This document shows, in pieces, positions 14,810-23,688 of a DNA stretch of 24,061 bases. The notes beneath the pieces are model-generated. The model did not search any database. It saw only the letters and a program-made list of their open reading frames with translations, and was not told where the DNA came from. Each line of letters begins with the position of its first letter. The first letter of the stretch is position 1. Source of the stretch: Deferrisomatales bacterium (GTDB lineage: Bacteria > Desulfobacterota > Deferrisomatia > Deferrisomatales > JACRMM01); the NCBI GenBank assembly GCA_033551855.1, contig JAWSUI010000057.1, positions 1 through 24,061 on the forward strand, read 5' to 3'. The translations under genes were made by a program, and so were the position numbers.

Positions 14810-16132
14810 TCAGACGAAGTTGAAGCTCTCGGACTGGCACTGCTCCAGGGGTAGGCCGAGCCGCTCCAGCATCGTCTTCACCGCCATCTGCACGGGTTCC
14901 GGGCCGCAGACGAAGTAGTCGCGCTCCAGGCGGTCCGCGGGCAGGTACCGGGCCAGGGTTTCCGCCGAGAGCCGCCCCCTCTCCCCGGTCCACCCCTCCG
15001 CGGGCCGGGACAGCACGTGGACCACGTCCAGGTCGAGGCGCAGGCGCAGGTCCTCCAGCTCCTCCCGAAAGGTGGCCTCGGCCAGGTTCCGGCTCTGGTA
15101 CATCAGCAGCAGGGGCCGGCGGTCGCGCCGGTCGGCGAGGGTGCGCAGGATGCACATGACGGGGGTGATCCCCACCCCCGCGGCGATGAAGACGTAGCCC
15201 CTCGCCGGGTGGCGGTCCACCGAGAAGGAGCCGTAGGGGCCGTCCAGGTAGGCCCGGGTCCCCGGGGTCACCGACCCGATGGTGGAGGTGAAGTCCCCCA
15301 GCTCCTTGATGGTGATCTGCACGCGGTCCTGCTGGAGGGAGCTGGACGAGAACGAGAAGGGGTGCTCCCGGATCGCGAAGGGGGAGCGGTCGACCTTGAG
15401 CCACGCGAACTGCCCGGGCTCGAAGACCATGCCCGGGTGCCCGTCGGGGCGCAGGGTGAGCGTCCAGCTCCTTCCCCGCTCCGGAAGGACCTCGTCCACC
15501 ACCCAGGGGCGCCGGAGCATGCCCAGCGGCTTGATCAGCCGCACGTAGACCAGGGTGAAGACCCAGGCGGCGACGATCGTCACCCAGAGGCCGACCTTGA
15601 GGGGTCCCTGCACGTAGTAGCCCACCCCGGCGATGTGCCCCACCGAGAGCCCCACTGCCGTCACGGAGAGCAGGGCGTGGGAGACCCGCCACGCCTCGTA
15701 GCTCAGCCCCACGCGCTCGCGCTCCAGGGAGGCCGCGATGATGACGCCGAAGGCCGCCACGCCGGCCGTGCCCGCCGTGATCCACCAGGGCCCGGTGGCG
15801 GGGTTCAGGAGGGCGAGGGTGGCCGGGGCCTGGGCGAGCAGGATGGCCGCGTGGGCCACGATGAGCCCGAAGGCGATCAGGGAGATGCGCCGGTGGAAGT
15901 GATACACGACGTCGACCCCGTAGGGCGACGTGATGCGTCGGAAGCGCCCGGTCAGGAAGAACTGGAAGCCCATCATCGACACCCCCGCGAACCCCAGCCC
16001 CACCGAGAGCTCGCGCCAGAAGCCCCGCCCCGGCGGCATGGGCCCCACGAACAGGGCGAGCAGGGGCAGGGCCACGAAGGCAAGGTACACCGCGATCCAG
16101 AACGTCGCGCGGAGCAGGAACCGTGGGCTCAT
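14810..16132 (-). CDS. Ferric reductase/NOX-like flavocytochrome b (TM + FAD + NAD(P)H domains, 440 aa)
   Basis: Six TM helices with two His pairs (FHRRIS..VAHA; VSHALL..VGHI), FAD motif EHPFSFSS, GPYGSF, NAD motif AAGVGITP, CGP and C-terminal ESF. Confidence 0.9.
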   Translation of the reverse strand: MSPRFLLRATFWIAVYLAFVALPLLALFVGPMPPGRGFWRELSVGLGFAGVSMMGFQFFLTGRFRRITSPYGVDVVYHFHRRISLIAFGLIVAHAAILLAQAPATLALLNPATGPWWITAGTAGVAAFGVIIAASLERERVGLSYEAWRVSHALLSVTAVGLSVGHIAGVGYYVQGPLKVGLWVTIVAAWVFTLVYVRLIKPLGMLRRPWVVDEVLPERGRSWTLTLRPDGHPGMVFEPGQFAWLKVDRSPFAIREHPFSFSSSSLQQDRVQITIKELGDFTSTIGSVTPGTRAYLDGPYGSFSVDRHPARGYVFIAAGVGITPVMCILRTLADRRDRRPLLLMYQSRNLAEATFREELEDLRLRLDLDVVHVLSRPAEGWTGERGRLSAETLARYLPADRLERDYFVCGPEPVQMAVKTMLERLGLPLEQCQSESFNFV

Positions 16133-16170
16133 CGGTCACGGCCTGGGGAAAGGGTCCGGGGACCCTGGGA

Positions 16171-16198
16171 AGCCTACCAGAGGCGGTGCGGGGGTCAA
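16171..16198 (-). promoter_or_regulatory. Candidate sigma70 promoter for the reductase-cytochrome genes
   Basis: On the - strand, TTGACC, 16 nt, TAGGCT, with a TGn extension, about 40 nt upstream of ATG 16132. Confidence 0.45.
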
Positions 16199-16237
16199 GC
16201 CGCGGGGCCGCCCACGATCCACCGCCTGACACGTGCC

Positions 16238-16324
16238 CGGGGCCGGGGAGCCCCTCCGCTCCGCCCCGCAATCCGCGGCCATGCGAAGGGGTGTCCCCGC
16301 AGGCCCCGGTGCGCCGGGCTTCAC
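16238..16324 (-). repeat. 87-bp dispersed intergenic repeat, copy B
   Basis: Reverse complement matches 9089-9175 with 9 mismatches. Confidence 0.8.
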
Positions 16325-16534
16325 CCCCTTGTGGCGGCCTCGGCGGGTCGGTCGAGGAGGTGCGGGGCTGCGCTCCTAGGCTCCCCGGCCCCGCCCGAAC
16401 ATCCGGTGGTGGATCTTGGCCGCCCCGGGGGCGGGTTGGCAATCTCCCCGGGCGTGGTACCTTCGGCCCGGCGGGCGTCCGTTGGTTCTCCGGGGTCGGG
16501 GCGCCGGCACGGCGCCGGGGGGAAGGAGCTCCTG

Positions 16535-17095
16535 ATGGGTGATCGGGTCTCGGCGGCTGGGGGTGCCGGGGCGGAACGGCGGTTTTTCCGGACCCCGGGT
16601 CGGTACCTGGCCCGGGTGGCGGGGTACGGGCTCGTGTGGTGGGCGCTGGCCGGCGGGGAGGCCTCGTCCTGGGTTCTGGGGGCCCCCGCGGTCGGCGCCG
16701 CGGCGGCCCTCGGGCTGCGCCTGTCCCCTCCGGGCACCCCCCCTTGGAGAGCCGGGGGCGTGGCGCGCTTTCTCCCGTACTTCCTGTGGCAGTCCCTGAG
16801 GGGCGGCTTCGACGTGGCCCAGCGGGCCCTCGCCCCGGGCCCACCCCTCACGCCGGGCCTTCTGCACCTGCCGTGGCGGCTTCCCGAGGGTCCCGCCCGC
16901 GTCCTCTTCGCCAACGCGGTGAGCCTCTCCCCGGGCACCCTGAGCGCCGCGTTGGGCGCCGACGGGCTCACGGTGCACGTGCTCGACCTGGACCGGTCGG
17001 TCTCGTCGCACCTGGCGGTCCTGGAAGCGCGGGTCGCGGGGGTCTTCGGCCTGACGCTGCCACCCCCCCTCCCCGGGGAGGCCGGCGGTGGGTGA
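16535..17095 (+). CDS. mrpE: Mrp/Mnh Na+/H+ antiporter subunit E (186 aa)
   Basis: ATG 16535 follows AAGGAG. Motifs YFLWQSLRGGFDVA, LFANAVSLSPGTL and VHVLD. Confidence 0.85.
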   Translation: MGDRVSAAGGAGAERRFFRTPGRYLARVAGYGLVWWALAGGEASSWVLGAPAVGAAAALGLRLSPPGTPPWRAGGVARFLPYFLWQSLRGGFDVAQRALAPGPPLTPGLLHLPWRLPEGPARVLFANAVSLSPGTLSAALGADGLTVHVLDLDRSVSSHLAVLEARVAGVFGLTLPPPLPGEAGGG

Positions 17096-17378
17096 GCTCC
17101 ACGTGGGACTGGCTCTCCTGCTCCTCGGGACCCTCGTGGCGGGGACCGCCCGGATTCTCCGGGGTCCCACCCCTCCTGACAGGATGCTGGCGGCCCAGCT
17201 CATGGGAACCACGGTCGTGGCGGTGCTCCTGCTCCTGGCCGAGGGCCTCGGGACACGGGCCCTGGCGGACGTGGCGCTGGTCTTCGCCCTCTTGGCGGCC
17301 GTGGCCGCCGTTGCCCTGGTGCGCCGGGGCTGGCCACCCCCCCCCGAGGGGTCCGGAGACGGGAGGGGCGGGCAGTGA
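17088..17378 (+). CDS. mrpF: Mrp/Mnh antiporter subunit F (96 aa)
   Basis: RILRGPTPPDRMLA and DVALVFALL; 3 TM segments. Confidence 0.85.
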   Translation: MGELHVGLALLLLGTLVAGTARILRGPTPPDRMLAAQLMGTTVVAVLLLLAEGLGTRALADVALVFALLAAVAAVALVRRGWPPPPEGSGDGRGGQ

Positions 17379-17677
17379 ACCCGGTCTCCGTCCTCTCCCT
17401 CGGCCTGCTCCTCGGCGGCGCCTTCTTCTTCGTGGCCGGCACGGTGGGCCTCCTGCGGTTCCCGGATGTGTACACCCGCCTGCACGCCCTGACCAAGGCC
17501 GACAATCTGGGGTTGGGGTTCGTGGTCCTGGGCCTCGCGGTGGGGGCGGAGTCCGCTGGGCACGTGGTGCGCCTGCTCCTCACCTGGGCCCTGGTCCTGG
17601 TGGCGAGCGCCACCTCGGCCCACCTTGTGGCGCGGGCGGCAGGAGCGAGGGGAGTGCCCCCCTGGACGCGCCCGTGA
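17375..17677 (+). CDS. mrpG: Mrp/Mnh antiporter subunit G (100 aa)
   Basis: GLLRFPDVYTRLHALTKADNLG and SAHLVARAA; GTGA overlap. Confidence 0.9.
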   Translation: MNPVSVLSLGLLLGGAFFFVAGTVGLLRFPDVYTRLHALTKADNLGLGFVVLGLAVGAESAGHVVRLLLTWALVLVASATSAHLVARAAGARGVPPWTRP

Positions 17678-18618
17678 CGACCCTGGCTGCCTTCGATCTC
17701 CTCCTGGCGGCCTCCCTGGTCTGGCTCGGCTGGAGGCTGCTGGCCTCCGCAGATCTCTTCGAGGCGGTGGCGGGGTTCGTCGCCCTGGGGTTGCTCATGG
17801 CCCTCGCCTGGGCGCGCCTGGATGCGCCGGACGTGGCCCTGGCCGAGGCAGCGATCGGGGCCGGCCTGATGGGGGCGCTCCTGCTCTCGTTTCTCGGGGG
17901 CTGGGGGGGGGTGCCCACACCGGCGGGCCCCGGGGCGCCCGGCGCACCGCGGGGGGGGGCGATCCGGGTGCGGTTCCTCCTGGCCGCGGCCCTGGGCCTG
18001 GCCGTCGCCTGGGCCCTGGGCACGATTCCTCCCCGGGTACCCGGCCTGCGCGACGTGGTGCTGGCGCGCCTGCCCGAAAGCGGCGCGGAGAACCCCGTGA
18101 CGGCGGTGCTCCTGGGCTTTAGGGGCTACGACACTCTCCTGGAGGTCGGCGTCCTCCTGCTGGCGGTGGCGGCCGTGTGGTCCCTGGGGCTGCCGGGTGC
18201 CGCCCCCGCCCGACTCGCCCCTGCCGGGCCGGTTCTCCTCTCCATGGTCCGCGTCCAGCTCCCCCTGATGATCCTCCTGGGGGCGTACCTGCTCTGGTCC
18301 GGCGTGGCCGCCCCGGGGGGTGCCTTCCAGGCGGGGGTGGTGCTCGGGGCGGGGGGGGTGCTCGGCGCCCTGGCCGGCCAGAGACCGCCCTTCCGGGTGG
18401 GCAGCCGCCTCGCGCGCCTCGCCCTGGCCGGGGGTCTGGGCGTGTTCGTCGCGCTTGCGGCGGTGCCCCCTCTTGCCGGCCGGCGGGTGCTGGAGGTACC
18501 GACCTCCTGGGCCGGGCCCCTCCTCCTCGTCACGGAGACGGCCCTCACCCTCTCGGTGGCCGCAGCTCTGCTGGCTCTCTTCGCCGCGGCCCGGCCGGGG
18601 GAGGGAACCCCGCCGTGA
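17674..18618 (+). CDS. mrpB: Fused MrpA C-terminal (DUF4040)/MrpB subunit (314 aa)
   Basis: GTG 17674 (GTGA overlap). APDVALAEAAIG (DUF4040), NPVTAVLLGFRGYDTLLE (MrpA C-terminal/MbhE) and PGGAFQAG (MnhB). Confidence 0.85.
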   Translation: MTTLAAFDLLLAASLVWLGWRLLASADLFEAVAGFVALGLLMALAWARLDAPDVALAEAAIGAGLMGALLLSFLGGWGGVPTPAGPGAPGAPRGGAIRVRFLLAAALGLAVAWALGTIPPRVPGLRDVVLARLPESGAENPVTAVLLGFRGYDTLLEVGVLLLAVAAVWSLGLPGAAPARLAPAGPVLLSMVRVQLPLMILLGAYLLWSGVAAPGGAFQAGVVLGAGGVLGALAGQRPPFRVGSRLARLALAGGLGVFVALAAVPPLAGRRVLEVPTSWAGPLLLVTETALTLSVAAALLALFAAARPGEGTPP

Positions 18619-18914
18619 GCCCCGGCTTCCTCTACGCCTTTGCGGGGGCCGCCCTCTTCGCCCTGGGCCTGCACGCGGCCTTTTTTCGGCCCCCGTTCCT
18701 GCGCCGTCTCATCGGGGTGAACGTCATGGGCAGCGGCGTCTTCCTCGTGCTCGTCGCGGCGGCCCGCCGTGCCCCGGCGGGGCCTCCGGATCCCGTGCCC
18801 CACGCCATGGTGCTCACCGGGCTGGTCGTCTCTGTGAGTGCCACAGCCCTGGCGCTGGCCCTGCGGGCCCGGCTCCGGAAGCCGGGGGGCCCCACCGACG
18901 CTGCAGGGGGCTGA
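18615..18914 (+). CDS. mrpC: Mrp/Mnh antiporter subunit C, NuoK-like (99 aa)
   Basis: GTG 18615 (GTGA overlap). RRLIGVNVMGSGVFL and DPVPHAMVLTGLVV. Confidence 0.88.
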   Translation: MSPGFLYAFAGAALFALGLHAAFFRPPFLRRLIGVNVMGSGVFLVLVAAARRAPAGPPDPVPHAMVLTGLVVSVSATALALALRARLRKPGGPTDAAGG

Positions 18915-18916
18915 GG

Positions 18917-20437
18917 GTGGCCGTGCACCTCCTGGAGGCCGCCCCCTGGGCCTCGGGGGTCGTGCTCCTCCCCCTGGGGGCCGCCGCCCTGGCCTTCGCG
19001 GCACCCCGGGCGGGGCGCGGGCTCTCCCTGCTGAACGCCCTGGCCGTCCCGGCCTTCGCGGTCGGCCTGGCGGTGCACGTGGCCCGCCACGGCCCCCAAC
19101 GCTACAGGATCGGGGGGTGGGGGCCTCCCTTGGGGATCGACTGGCACGCCGACGGCCTCTCGGCCGCGCTCCTCCTGCTGACGGCGGCCGTGGGGTGCGG
19201 GGCCACCCTCCACGCCCTGGGCCGTTCCCCCGAAGGGGGTTCCCCGGCGCGAGCGTCCCGCCCCGGGAGCGCCCGGGCCCCGGAGCTGTTCTGGTCGCTG
19301 TGGCTCTTCGCCTGGGCGGCCCTCAACAGCCTCTTCCTCTCGGCCGACGCCTTCAACCTGTACGTCTGCCTGGAGCTCCTGGGGCTTGCCGCCGTCGGCC
19401 TCGCCGCCCACGGCGGCAAGGCGGAGGCCGTCGCCGCGGCACTGCGGTACCTGTTGGTGAGCCTGGTGGGGTCCTTCTGCTACCTCTTGGGGGTGGCCCT
19501 GCTCTATGCGGACCACTCCACCCTGGACCTGGCGTCCCTCGCGGCAAGCGTCCGGCCGGGCCCGGCGACCGCCGCCGCGGCTGCCCTGGTGACCGTGGGA
19601 CTGCTCCTCAAGGCGGCCGTCTTCCCGCTGCACACCTGGCTGCCCCCCGCACACGGGAACGCGCCCGCCCCGGTGAGCGCGGTGCTCTCCGCCCTGGTGG
19701 TGAAGGCCGCCTTCTACCTCTTCCTGCGCTTCTGGCTCCCGGTGCTCGGGCCGGCCGCCCCCGCCGCGGCCGCCCTGGTCCTGGGGCTGCTGGGGGCGGC
19801 GGCGGTGGTCTGGGGCTCTCTGCTGGCGCTGACCCAGGAGCGCCTCAAACTCCTGGTGGCCTACTCCACCGTGGCCCAGATCGGGGCCCTGCTCCTCGTG
19901 CTGCCCCTGGCCCGGGAGGGGCCCTGGGCCCCGGCGGCCTGGACCGGCGGGGTGTACCTGGCGCTCTCCCACGGCCTGGCCAAGGCCGGGATGTTCCTAG
20001 CCGCAGGGAGCCTGGCGGACAGCCTCGGGCACGACCGCACCGACTCCCTGGCCCCGGCCCTCCAGGCCAGGCCCCTGTCCGCCTTCGCCTTCGCCGCGGC
20101 GGGGGCGAGCCTCATGGGGCTGCCCCCCAGCGGCGGGTTCGTGGGGAAGTGGCTGCTCCTGGGCGCCGCCCTCGAGAGCGGCCAATGGGGTTGGGCCCTG
20201 GTCTTGGGGGGAGGAGGGCTCCTCACGGCCGCCTACTGCTTCCGGGTGCTCTCGGGCGCCTTCACCGCGCAAACCCCGGCGCCGGCGCTCCGGCCGGTGA
20301 GCGGCACCGCGGAGTGGGCGGGGCTGGGGCTCTCCCTGGCCTCGCTCCTGCTGGGTTTTCTGGCCCCCTGGGTACTGCCCCTGCTTGCGATCGGGTCCCC
20401 CTTTCCGATGCCCTTCGGGCAGTGGGGGTCCCCGTGA
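18917..20437 (+). CDS. mrpD: Proton-conducting membrane transporter, MrpD-like 1 (~506 aa)
   Basis: YRIGGWGPPLGI, DAFNLYVCLE, KAAVFPLHTWLPPAH, LSALVVK and GFVGKW. The start may be GTG 18917 or 18923. Confidence 0.88.
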   Translation: MAVHLLEAAPWASGVVLLPLGAAALAFAAPRAGRGLSLLNALAVPAFAVGLAVHVARHGPQRYRIGGWGPPLGIDWHADGLSAALLLLTAAVGCGATLHALGRSPEGGSPARASRPGSARAPELFWSLWLFAWAALNSLFLSADAFNLYVCLELLGLAAVGLAAHGGKAEAVAAALRYLLVSLVGSFCYLLGVALLYADHSTLDLASLAASVRPGPATAAAAALVTVGLLLKAAVFPLHTWLPPAHGNAPAPVSAVLSALVVKAAFYLFLRFWLPVLGPAAPAAAALVLGLLGAAAVVWGSLLALTQERLKLLVAYSTVAQIGALLLVLPLAREGPWAPAAWTGGVYLALSHGLAKAGMFLAAGSLADSLGHDRTDSLAPALQARPLSAFAFAAAGASLMGLPPSGGFVGKWLLLGAALESGQWGWALVLGGGGLLTAAYCFRVLSGAFTAQTPAPALRPVSGTAEWAGLGLSLASLLLGFLAPWVLPLLAIGSPFPMPFGQWGSP

Positions 20438-21930
20438 TCGCCGGTCCCTGGGTCCTGGTGGCCATCGTCCTGAGCTCCCTCGTGCCGGGCGTCGCCATCC
20501 TGCTCCTGCCCGAAGAGCGCCAAACGGTGCGCACCGCCCTCAACCTGGCGGGAGCGGGCCTCAAGATCCTGCTCGTGCTCCTGCTGCTCTGGGTCGTCTT
20601 CCAGGACCACCACCCGGAGATCCGCGGGCCCCTGCTGCCCGGCCACGACCTGGTACTCCGGGCCGACGCCCTCGGCGTCTTCTTCGTGAGCCTCTCGGCG
20701 GGTCTGTGGTTCGTGACCACGGTCTACGCGGTGGGCTACCTGGAGGGCTCCCCGCGGCGCCGGCGGTTCTTCGGCTACTTCAGCCTGTGCGTGACGGCAA
20801 CGGTCGGGGTGGCCCTGGCGGGGAACCTCCTGACCTTCCTCCTCTTCTACGAGCTCCTGACCCTGTCCACCTACCCCCTCGTGGTGCACCGGGGCACTCC
20901 GGAGGCCCTGCGTGCCGGCCGGGTGTACCTGGCCTACACCCTGGCGGGCGGTGCCGCCGTCCTGGTGGGGGTGGTGTGGCTCCACGGGGCGGTGGGGCCC
21001 TTCGAGTTCGTCAAGGGCGGGGCGCTCGGGGGGACGGCCGCCGCCCCGGCGGTGCTGGTCGCGGCCTTCGCCCTCCTGGTGGCCGGAGTGGGCGTCAAGG
21101 CGGCGGTGGTGCCCCTGCACGGCTGGCTCCCCGTGGCCATGGTGGCGCCGGCGCCGGTGAGCGCCCTCCTGCACGCCGTGGCCGTGGTCAAGGCCGGGGC
21201 CTTCGGGATCGTCCGCGTCGTGTACGACGTGTACGGGGTGGAGGTTGCCGCGGACCTCGGCCTCCTGAAGCCCCTCGCCGGTTTGGCGGCCTTCACCATC
21301 GTGTACGGCTCGGTGCGGGCCCTCTCCCAGGACGACCTCAAGCGTCGGCTGGCGTTCTCCACCGTGAGCCAGGTCTCCTACATCCTCCTCGGGGTGGCCA
21401 CCGTGGGGCCGGCGGTGAGCCTGGGGGGGGTGGTGCACCTGGTCCACCAGGGGCTGATGAAGATCACCCTCTTCTTCGGGGCGGGGAACCTGGCCGAGAC
21501 CCTGGGGATCCACCGGGTGAGCCAGATGGACGGGGTGGGCCGCCGCATGCCCTGGACCATGGCTGCCTTCACCCTGGCGGCCTTCGGCATGATCGGGGTG
21601 CCCCCCCTGGCCGGCTTTGTGAGCAAGTGGTATCTGGCCGTCGGGGCCCTGGAGGCCGGGCAGGGGTGGGTGCTCCTCGTCCTCGTCGCGAGCAGCGGCC
21701 TCAACGCCGCCTACTTCCTGCCGGTGATCCATGCCGCCTGGTTCCGCCCGGCCCGGCCCGAGCACTGGGCCGACCCCCACCCCCGGGGCCGCCTGGAGAC
21801 GGGGTGGATGCTCCTGGCGCCGATCTTGGTGACGGCGCTCCTCTCCGTCCTTGTAGGGGTTGCGGCCCACTCCCCGGCGAGCCCGCTGGCCTGGGTGCGG
21901 GTCATCGCCGCCCAGGAGGCGGGCCCGTGA
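20434..21930 (+). CDS. Proton-conducting membrane transporter, MrpD/MrpA(NuoL)-like 2 (498 aa)
   Basis: GTGA overlap. NLLTFLLFYE, KAAVVPLHGWLPVAMVAPAPVSALLHAVAVVK (TM8 His as in MrpA/NuoL) and GFVSKW. Confidence 0.88.
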   Translation: MIAGPWVLVAIVLSSLVPGVAILLLPEERQTVRTALNLAGAGLKILLVLLLLWVVFQDHHPEIRGPLLPGHDLVLRADALGVFFVSLSAGLWFVTTVYAVGYLEGSPRRRRFFGYFSLCVTATVGVALAGNLLTFLLFYELLTLSTYPLVVHRGTPEALRAGRVYLAYTLAGGAAVLVGVVWLHGAVGPFEFVKGGALGGTAAAPAVLVAAFALLVAGVGVKAAVVPLHGWLPVAMVAPAPVSALLHAVAVVKAGAFGIVRVVYDVYGVEVAADLGLLKPLAGLAAFTIVYGSVRALSQDDLKRRLAFSTVSQVSYILLGVATVGPAVSLGGVVHLVHQGLMKITLFFGAGNLAETLGIHRVSQMDGVGRRMPWTMAAFTLAAFGMIGVPPLAGFVSKWYLAVGALEAGQGWVLLVLVASSGLNAAYFLPVIHAAWFRPARPEHWADPHPRGRLETGWMLLAPILVTALLSVLVGVAAHSPASPLAWVRVIAAQEAGP

Positions 21931-23684
21931 GCCCCTGGGGAGCGCTGCTGCCCGCCGCGGTCCTGGCTCCCCTGCTCCTGGCCGCCGGCACCGCCTGGCC
22001 GGGTACCCGGGCCGCGGCGCTGCGGCTGGCGCCCTGGGCCGCCGGGCCGGGCCTCCTGGCCGCCCTCATCCTCCCCCAGGGGACGGCGGTCTCGGGGGAG
22101 TGGGTCCTCCTCGGGGCGTCCCTCGCGCTGGACGAGACCGGGCGGGTGTTCCTGGGGTTCACCTCCCTTCTTTGGCTCCTGTGCGGGTTCTACGGGCGGA
22201 GGTATGTGACGGGAGACCCCCGCCGGGTAGGGTTCTTCGCGGCGTTCCTCCTGGCCATGGCGGGGAACCTGGGACTGTGCGTCGCCGGGGACGTGGTGGG
22301 TTTCTACCTGGGCTTTGCCCTCATGACCTTCGCGGCGTACCCCCTCGTCGTCCACGACCGGTCGCCGGCCGCCCTGGCCGCCGGCCGGCTGTACATCGTC
22401 CTGGCCGTGGGGGGGGAGCTTCTGCTCTTCGCCGGTTTCGCGCTCCTGGTCGATGCTGCGGGGACCCTGATCCTCCCGGAAGCCGCCGTGCGCCTGGCCG
22501 ACTCCCCGCGTCGGGGTCTCGTGACCCTGCTGCTCTTCCTGGGGTTCGGGGTCAAGGCAGGGACGGTCCCTCTCCACCTCTGGCTTCCCCTCGCTCACCC
22601 GGCGGCGCCGACCCCCGCGAGCGCCGTGCTCAGCGGGGCTATGATCAAGGCGGGGCTGCTGGGGTGGCTCCGATTCCTGCCCCTGGGGGAGGCAGCGCTG
22701 CCCGGGCTCGGGCTCGCCGCCGTGGGGGTCGGACTGGCCGGTGCCTTCTACGGCGTGCTCGCCGGGCTTCCCCGTCAGGACCCCAAGGCGGTGCTGGCGT
22801 ACTCCAGCGTGAGCCAGATGGGGCTGATGACCCTCGTCGTGGGCCTGGGCCTGGCGGCACCCGAGACCTGGCCCGCCGGCTCGGCCGCCGCGTGCGCCTA
22901 CGCCTTGCACCACGGGCTGGCCAAGGGCGCCCTGTTCCTGGGGGTGGGGGTGGCCCCGGGGCCGGCGGGGTGGGGACGGCCTCGGCTGGCCCTGGCCCTG
23001 GGCCTGGGGCTTCCTGCCCTGTCCCTTGCCGGGGCGCCGTTCACCAGCGGCGCTGCGGCCAAAGCGGCCCTCAAGGCGGCCGCCTCCAGCCCCGGCGCGT
23101 GGTCCGCCTGGCCTGCCGGGGCCGTCTGGCTCGGGTGGCTCCTGCCTTTGGCGGCTGTCGGGACGACGGTGCTCCTGGCGCGATTCCTCGTCCTCGTGTG
23201 GTCGCGGCCTCGGGAGGCCTCCGGGGATCGGCCGTCCCCTGGGGGCCTCGCGGGGCCGTGGGCCCTGCTGGTCCTCGCGTCCGCGTCCGCCGCCTGGGTG
23301 GGGCCGGCGGCGGCCCACGGGGCCCCGGACTTCTGGGCCTCCCTGGGCCCGGTCGGGGTCGGGGCGGCGGGGGCCCTGGGGGTGTGTCTCGCGGGAAGAC
23401 GCTTGGGGCTGCGCCTGCCCGTGGGGCCGGTGGTGGATCTCTCCGGCAGGGCCGCGGGCCTCGCCTCCCGGTGGGGGGCTTTCTCCCGCCGCGCCGCGGG
23501 GGCCCTGGACCGGGCCGGGCGTGACCTCGAGGGGCTGGCACTGGGCGTCTCCCGGGGGACCGCTCGCCGGCTCCAGGCGGCCGAGGCCTGCCTCGGCCGC
23601 TGGGCCCCCCTGGGAGTCGCCTTCCTCCTGGCGGCCCTGGTACAGTGGGGCCTCTTCCTCTGGCGGGGGGCGGGCGAGGGGTGA
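21927..23684 (+). CDS. Proton-conducting membrane transporter, MrpD/HyfB-like 3 (585 aa)
   Basis: GTGA overlap. KAGTVPLHLWLPLAHPAAPTPASAVLSGAMIK, LAYSSVSQMG and HHGLAKGALF. The TM5 Glu is absent. Confidence 0.85.
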   Translation: MSPWGALLPAAVLAPLLLAAGTAWPGTRAAALRLAPWAAGPGLLAALILPQGTAVSGEWVLLGASLALDETGRVFLGFTSLLWLLCGFYGRRYVTGDPRRVGFFAAFLLAMAGNLGLCVAGDVVGFYLGFALMTFAAYPLVVHDRSPAALAAGRLYIVLAVGGELLLFAGFALLVDAAGTLILPEAAVRLADSPRRGLVTLLLFLGFGVKAGTVPLHLWLPLAHPAAPTPASAVLSGAMIKAGLLGWLRFLPLGEAALPGLGLAAVGVGLAGAFYGVLAGLPRQDPKAVLAYSSVSQMGLMTLVVGLGLAAPETWPAGSAAACAYALHHGLAKGALFLGVGVAPGPAGWGRPRLALALGLGLPALSLAGAPFTSGAAAKAALKAAASSPGAWSAWPAGAVWLGWLLPLAAVGTTVLLARFLVLVWSRPREASGDRPSPGGLAGPWALLVLASASAAWVGPAAAHGAPDFWASLGPVGVGAAGALGVCLAGRRLGLRLPVGPVVDLSGRAAGLASRWGAFSRRAAGALDRAGRDLEGLALGVSRGTARRLQAAEACLGRWAPLGVAFLLAALVQWGLFLWRGAGEG

Positions 23685-23688
23685 CGGA

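Noticed and set aside
18615..23684. nuoKLMN or hydrogenase-4 (hyf) operon
   Set aside because: MrpE/F/G/B are present and there are no NuoH, Fe-S or catalytic subunits.
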